NCBI GenBank assembly: GCA_012295275.1
Contig: CM022676.1
Span: forward strand, 8,928,001-8,992,000
Source of the DNA: Chrysomallon squamiferum
Taxonomy: Eukaryota > Animalia > Mollusca
DNA length: 64,000 bases
Reading direction: 5' to 3'
Below are positions 51,389 to 64,000 of this stretch, piece by piece. How positions within the stretch are numbered: position 1 is the stretch's first letter; every line of letters starts with the position of its first letter. Under the pieces are notes generated by a model. That model did no database searches. It worked only from the letters and a program-made list of their open reading frames with translations, and had not been told where the DNA came from. The translations under genes and the position numbers were made by a program.

Positions 51389-51873
51389 TTTAATATTTAA
51401 ATATTTATTATAACGTCAGTACAGGCGAATCTGGATTCAAAATTTCTGTTTACAAAATATTTTCACGCATGGGTGATTTATTCATGTAACGTAATATGCC
51501 TGTTGCCAAACCGCGAAACAGGTCATTAGGGTACAATGATACGCTAGTGGGTCAAAAGGTCATTGACCTATAACTCTAATAATATTGTTGTTATCCTGAA
51601 AACTGCTTGCACGGTAAATTTGTGTCGAATAAAAATATTTTCCAGCGGATGTTCTTTCCTGTTTAATGACGTCAGTTTAACATGCACTTTGTTTATTATC
51701 TTCCTTATCTATGTCAAAGGTTTAATCAAATTGCGACTTTGTTATGGTGGATTTGTTTGTAATCCAATTGTTGGTGGAACGGGAAATATTCAGTGTGTTT
51801 CACTAATAATTTTGTTCGCAAGTTTCGCTCGCTTACAGATCCAGATATATTTGAATTTCAAATTAATATTACT

Positions 51874-51908
<35 letters not shown>

Positions 51909-53652
51909 TTTTATTTATTTATTTACATTTTATTTCTGTTACGTTTTGTTATGTTATGTTTTTTTTTATATATATATTTTTTTAAATTTTATTTTATTTA
52001 TTACACTATTTAATTCTTCTCTTTCATTTCGTTCATGTTACAGTCCTATATTAATTTGTTTCTTTTCATTTATTTCTTTTTCTTTTTTTATTTATTTACT
52101 CATTCATTTATGTTCGTATTTCCCAAGGTGAAAAACATACATACATACAAACATACATACATAATACATATATATACACAAACATAGTTATAGCTGTAGT
52201 TATTTAGATATATGTAGATAGATAGAAAGATATCATTTATGCTATACAATGCAGGCTTGACGTCACGGTCTTTGAGCACGTTACACCTCACTGATTCCAG
52301 TAAATACGTAATGATAACGAATACACTATTATATTCTTTTAATAACGTAAATCAAATAATATTACGACATACGATACTAAACTTTACAATTGTACAAAGC
52401 TTAATAAAGAGTTTATGTATACACATTATTCAACATATGCATTTGATTGCATTTGATTGCATGCAGTCACGCAACGTCATAATATAATCAAATATACTAA
52501 AGAAACAAAAAAAAAAAACATAACTGAACATGACATATAATATAATATGATATAATATAAAATAATATGATATAATATAAAAAAATAATATGATATAATA
52601 TAATATGATATGATATAATATAATATGATATAATATAATATAATATAGTATATTAAATTTTAATATATATTATATATCATAATAAAGCATAACATAACAT
52701 AGCAATATAATATAATATAATATAATTTAACGTAACGTAACGTAACGTAAATTAACGTAATGTAATATAATATAATAACATAACATGACATACCATAAAC
52801 ATACTAACAGTACCAGGAAAGGCGTGCAAAACAAATGTAATAAATATCATCTAGCTTACACACACACACACACACACATACATACACGCACGTCCACATG
52901 CACATACACACGTACACACAGATATACACACAGAAAGTTAGCGGTCACCATAAAGGCAAGCATCAGCAAAACGTTATTCCGATCTCTATCTCAAAAAATT
53001 CATCAGCTTATAAACAGTATACAGTGGTTGTTGTATACACTCAAGTTATATATATATATAGATCAAGGTTAATCAAGTGTTTTTATCTCGAAAACAGATC
53101 AGAAACGTAACACCAAAGAAATGCGAAACTGCAGGCATTGCAAACGAAACAGTTTTCTTTCATATGCATCTAATTTCATTAACGTAATTAATTTACGTTC
53201 ATAAAAAAAATTAAAAGGGGGGGGTGCGTAAATTCGACGTAACAGCCGCCTGTTCATTCGACGTAATGGCCATATATATAATTTCTTGTCAACAGCACGT
53301 AGATTCTTGAACTTTGAATAGATTTCTGCTTGTTGCTGAAAATGATAACAGATGATGACGTAATAAGTTACGTCACCGTGTCGATGTTTCAGAATAATGA
53401 GTGTTTTTATTACGATAGCAGGTTTCTTCTCGCGAAAGGTCACAATGACAATACGATTAACACTCAGTAATGATTAATTATTAATGACGTAAGAGTTGAT
53501 GACGTCATTATCTCTGTTATTACACTGACACTCGTGATATAACATTATAAATAAATATTAGTGCTATGTTTGCATTTATATTTACAAAGATTAGTAAGTT
53601 TTAACAATACTGGGGGGGGACATGTTCGATTGTAAAATATGGAGGTAATGCT

Positions 53653-53732
<80 letters not shown>

Positions 53733-54723
53733 ACTCACTCCCTCCATCTGTATACAGACAGAGACGAGTACAAAAAAAAAAAAAAAAAAAAACAATGAGA
53801 AAAGAAAAAAAAAAAGCTAACTGTAAAGAAATTCATCCCAAAAATAAACCGAGCCAAGAAGAGTAAGATAACATTATCACATTTAGTTAACTATATGGTA
53901 ATGATAAAAATAATAATAATTATTATTATTATTATTATCAGCGGTTTGGTGGTGATATAAGTACAGTCCTATTCGCTGTGTAGCCAATGACAGTACAACC
54001 CTTTCGCACGATTTGACACGAGGGTATGGCAAATCACTGTGTCCGATAATATCTTGCTATTGTCATCGCTGCATTTTAAAAAAAAACCTTTCTCCCGTAT
54101 TGTACGATTCCGCGACCGAATGATTCCCCATTTCTCAGTTTCCATACAAGACAACGATTTCAAATTTTTCATTTACGTTATCTTCAGTTTTGCTGACTCA
54201 TTGCGTTGACAAGTTAACAAATCAACGTGTGTCTCGTGTTGAAACAAAGATTTGTGGTGGTCTAAAGGGTCAGATATTTGTTAAGTATGCAAATACAGCC
54301 AAATTATTTCCTATTAAAAACATTATTAAGTCGAACAGTATTCATTTTTCATGTAATGCGAAAGCACTTTTCTTTTTTACCCCAGAAGTTCCAAACGCTA
54401 TACGTGTAAATCAGTTTCTTTGCTGCTATTACTACTGTTTCTATTTCTACTTCTACTACTACTATTATGCTGCTACTACTACTAATACTGTTTATTATTA
54501 TTATCACTAGCAGTATTACCACCACTAACACTTCGACTACCACCACCATCACCACCAATGCCTGTCCTGCTACTACTACTACAACAACTAGTACTATTAC
54601 AATTATGTTTGTATGTATGTATCTTTGTTTGTATACTACTACTACTGCTACTACTACAACTACCACTACTACTACTACTACTACTAATAATAATAATAAT
54701 AATATTCCTGTTGTTGTTTTTGT

Positions 54724-54772
<49 letters not shown>

Positions 54773-55581
54773 GTTACTATTACTATTATTATTACTAGTA
54801 CTACTACCATTACAACTACTACTGCAACTAGTGCTGGTACTACTACCACCACCACCACCACCATCAATACAACAACAGTAACGAATACGACGACGTCTGC
54901 TACTACTGCCGCTGCTGCTAGCACCATACCACGACACCGTCATTAAACTTCGACCGCCCCTTCCCGGACAAAGAAATGCCGTAACTGAACCAACTTCCCG
55001 TAACATCCCCACAACTTTTCTCGCTCAGTGTAAATCAGTTCACCCTGACGTTTCTTGTGTCAGTGCGTTACTTCTCATCACGGTTTATTTTATCACGTTG
55101 CAGGCGAGATCCTGCGCCAACCGGTGTCTTAATTAATAACGCCCCGGGTCAAAAGGTTTTATAGTTCCCGAGGATTAAACCACTTTACAGCGTGACAAGA
55201 GAGTAGATTTACTTTGCGGATTGACTGCAGGCAAGTACCCTATAATACTACAGTGGGTGTGTCAATTTGTGTATGCGTGTATGTATGTGTGTGTGTAGGT
55301 GTGTGTGTGTGTGTAAAGGTGTGTGTGTATATTTGTGTGTGTGTTTGTATGTGTGTATGTATGTGTAAAATATATATATATATATGTGTATGTGTATATA
55401 TATATATATGTATGTGTATGTATGTATGTATGTATGTATGTATGTATGTATGTATGTATGTATGCATGCATGCATAAACCCGCTGGCGTTGTGTATGAAT
55501 GCATATATGGATAGATAGACAGATGGATGGACGGTTAGCGTCACGGATGTACGTACGTATATACCCGGACGCTTCTTTTTT

Positions 55582-55618
<37 letters not shown>

Positions 55619-55753
55619 ATGTGTGTGCATATATGTGTATTTTTATATATCTGTGTGTGCTTATCAGCATGTACCTTATGCAAGTATTCTTGTATATATA
55701 TATATATGTATATATCTCATTTTTTAATATATATATGTTTGTCTATGTTTCTT

Positions 55754-55796
<43 letters not shown>

Positions 55797-56685
55797 GTCT
55801 GTCTGTCTGTCTGTCCATATGTGTGCTTGTGTATATTTGTGTTTGATATATGTGTGTGTCTGTATGTCTGTGTGTGTGTGTACAATAAAGGCACATGTAC
55901 ATGTGTGTATTAAAATAAGTAATGTTACAACTGTAAGAAGTAAATATAGAAAAACTCAGTTACAGTACAGCGACACATAAACAGTCATTACATAATCAAG
56001 TTTAAAGATGTGTATATTAATATCCAAGAGAGGAAACCCGTAGACGTCATTCAATGGATTTCTTTATTGGTTCTTAAATATAATCTTTTATATTTAAATT
56101 CCTTAATCTCTAATATTTATGTATACGTGTCTGTATGTGGGTATGTATATAGGTAAGTAGGTAGATAAATATATATATATGTGTGTGTGTGTGTTATTTT
56201 ACTATTATACTAAGTAAATACAGACGATATTGTTTGAATTTTACATAAAAGTAGATAATATGTGATTATAATTATATTATATGGGTATATTATTTTTATT
56301 CAACCACTGGGTAATACGAGAATGGAATTATTTTATTCAACGTTGCAATAATTTGTATTTATTACCTTGTGCATATTACTACAAACAGTACTACCAATAA
56401 TATACTGTTGATATTACTACTACTGCTACTACAATTACAATGATTACTACTACTACTACCACTGCTATTAAATTACTACTAATAATAACTACCACTGTAA
56501 CTACTACTGCTACTAGTACTATTACAACTACAATTACTGTTAGTACAACTACTATTACTCAACTACCTCTATTACTACTACTACTACCACTACGTCTAGT
56601 ACCATTTCTACTATTATTACTACCGCTGCTGCTGCTACAACTAGAGCTATACTATTACTGTTGGCGTTGGTAATCTTGCTGTCAA

Positions 56686-56717
<32 letters not shown>

Positions 56718-56759
56718 TTACAACTACTACTATTACTACTACTATTACTATTACTACTA

Positions 56760-56999
56760 CAGGTACCGGACCAATTATCCGGCGTCCTGAAATCCGAAAA
56801 GAGCAGAAAACCGGAACTACTCTTTCAAGCCCCGTGACATTCATTCACTCGCCGCATTGTTTACTTGTCGAATTTTCTTTATGTTTTTAATTTTAAAATG
56901 TTTAAGCCCACATTTACGAAAACCGGTAAAAACGGTAAAAATCCAGAAATCCGGAATGCCTCAGGCCCCAAAGAGTCCGGATAACTGGTCCGGTACCTT
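56760..56999. mobile_element. 240-bp MITE of the Tc1/mariner superfamily (Tigger-like)
   Basis: TIRs CAGGTACCGGACCAATTATCCGG and CCGGATAACTGGTCCGGTACCTT, with TA on both sides (56758-56759, 57000-57001); inserted in a (TAC)n tract. Confidence 0.85.
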
Positions 57000-58423
57000 T
57001 ACTACTTCTACTACTACTACTACTACAACTACTACTACTACTGTAACAGCATCAGCAGTAGTACAATGGTTATTATTTTACTCCATTATTATCATCGTCG
57101 TCGTCGTCGTCATCATCATCATCATTCATTCAGTTTCATATCGAGTTTCAACACCACGTTTCTAATGCATTTTCTTTTATCGCGCAGTATACAAGCTACT
57201 CTACGTGTCCCTTACTGTTACACTCACAATGGTGTCCAAAGATCGTACGCGTTCGTTGGTTTTGCGCCACTTCTGCTTGCAGCGAGATTGTCATCACCCT
57301 TAATACTACTTCATCTACGCCTTTGTCAAACATTCCGTGACCCCTACGTCTCTGTACAATGGCGATAGTATGCGCAGACGACTTCCACGTTCTGTTCGAA
57401 TTTGTTTACGACATTTATCAGACGAGCGCGCCAACCGGCACGTGATCAAAGTGATGAGTCACTGACGTCTGCTTTTGCTGACTTGGCGGAAAGTGAAAAA
57501 AAAAAATTGAAAAAAAAAAAAAAAATGAAGATAGTAACAAGTAGAATATTCGAACCTATAATTTTTATTTTTTATTTTTTTTTTTTTTTTTTTTTTTATC
57601 TGTAACTTCCTTTTTCACTGTTTTTTTTTTGTTTGTTTTTTTTACTTTGTTGTTTTTTTTTTTGTGTTTGTTTTGTTGTTGTTGTTTTTTTTTTTTGTGT
57701 GTGTGTGTGTGTGTGTGCTGATAAAAATAGAGCATATTTACTAATATTAACCTTTACAGTATAAAAAAAAAAAGAATAAGAAAAAAAGAAAATTCGAAAA
57801 AGAAAGAATGTACAGCTTTACCGTTCATTCATGTTCCGAAGAGAATTACTTTTCGTTTTCGTCTTTTATTGTTATTTTTTCTTTCATTTTCTTTCTCTTT
57901 TCTGTTTTCTTGTTTTTTCTACCTTTTTTTTTTTTTTCTTTCTTCTTCATTTTGCTCGTTTTCATTTTTTTTTTTTTTTTTTTTTTTTTTGTTTATTTTT
58001 TTTTTTTGTTTATTTATTGCTCTTTATTTATTTATTTATTTACTTGCTTTCTTCCTTATTTATTTACTTTTCTGAGTAAGAATGCTTCAGGTACGCAATC
58101 GAGTTCAAACAATTTCTTTGATTTGAATATAATTTGCAGAGTCAGTTCCAGAATTTCTTTAGGAGTTCGCTGTGTTCTTATTTCGCGCAAAACGCAAACC
58201 TTGACACCAACTCATTTTTCTTTACATCTAAATCCATTTCTGCTCAATGAAATTCTATAACAGCAGATGTCAAGAGGCTGAGGTTATTGACTGTGGTGAC
58301 CTCTAGCGATGACCTTCTGTGACAGTTTGACAGACGCTAGCGATATTGACTAAACGTAGAGAGCAACGCATTTTATTTTTATATTGCATTTTAGTTTAAG
58401 AAAAGCCGTAAATAAAAGTTCAC

Positions 58424-58522
<99 letters not shown>

Positions 58523-59023
58523 CCTAGATCTGATTATAATAATTTCTACTACTAATAAAAATGAACAACAACAATATCAGTAACAACAATAATAATCATA
58601 AAAACAATCGTAATATTAATAGCAGTAATAAAAATAATAGCGGTACTAACAAAACCATTAACAGTAGTTGTAGTAGCAGCTGCAGCAGACGTAACAACAG
58701 TAGCAGCAGTAGTATTATACAACGATGTGTATTATTATGTTATTATTATTATTGTTTATTTTTTTTATATTATTATTTTTTTTTTTTTTTTTTTTAATTT
58801 TTTTTTTTATTATTATTATTATTTTTAATTGTTGTTGTTGTTACTGACTTTATTTATTTATTTATTTATTTATTATATTTTTTTACATTTTACACATATC
58901 AATTTAATTCTATTTCAGAACGTTTCAAAACCTCAGTCGCTCACCACTCAACTTTAATAATGAGATGACATTTTGAAGAAACACTTAAAAAATCCTTTCA
59001 CAAATAACCGTACAGTTCCGAAG

Positions 59024-63949
<4,926 letters not shown>

Positions 63950-64000
63950 GTACGTGAACGATTACGTAATGACACCGTAAAGTGCGAGTAGCGTTTTAAA

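Overview
Eukaryotic (animal) DNA, very AT-rich and dense with microsatellites. The gene structure and a recalled SINE family suggest a mollusc, possibly a gastropod (inference). Almost all ORFs in the supplied track are simple-repeat artefacts. Exons read by hand from GT-AG boundaries and codon phase give three recognisable + strand genes. The first is an 11-exon RRP1/RRP1B (Nop52 family) gene at 6220-17451 with an apparent 1-nt frameshift in its large exon. The other two are tandem SLC16/monocarboxylate-transporter paralogues with identical exon phases, one complete at 35092-41974 and one at 59024 running off the window end. An unidentified spliced minus-strand gene lies head-to-head with RRP1. 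The most notable unannotated signals are two candidate box H/ACA RNAs in RRP1 introns 2 and 3, uORF-laden and possibly multi-promoter 5' leaders on both transporters, clusters of CRE and nuclear-receptor elements, microsatellites abutting splice acceptors, an intron-to-intron duplication, and MITE/SINE remnants. No prokaryote-type system (CRISPR etc.) is present.
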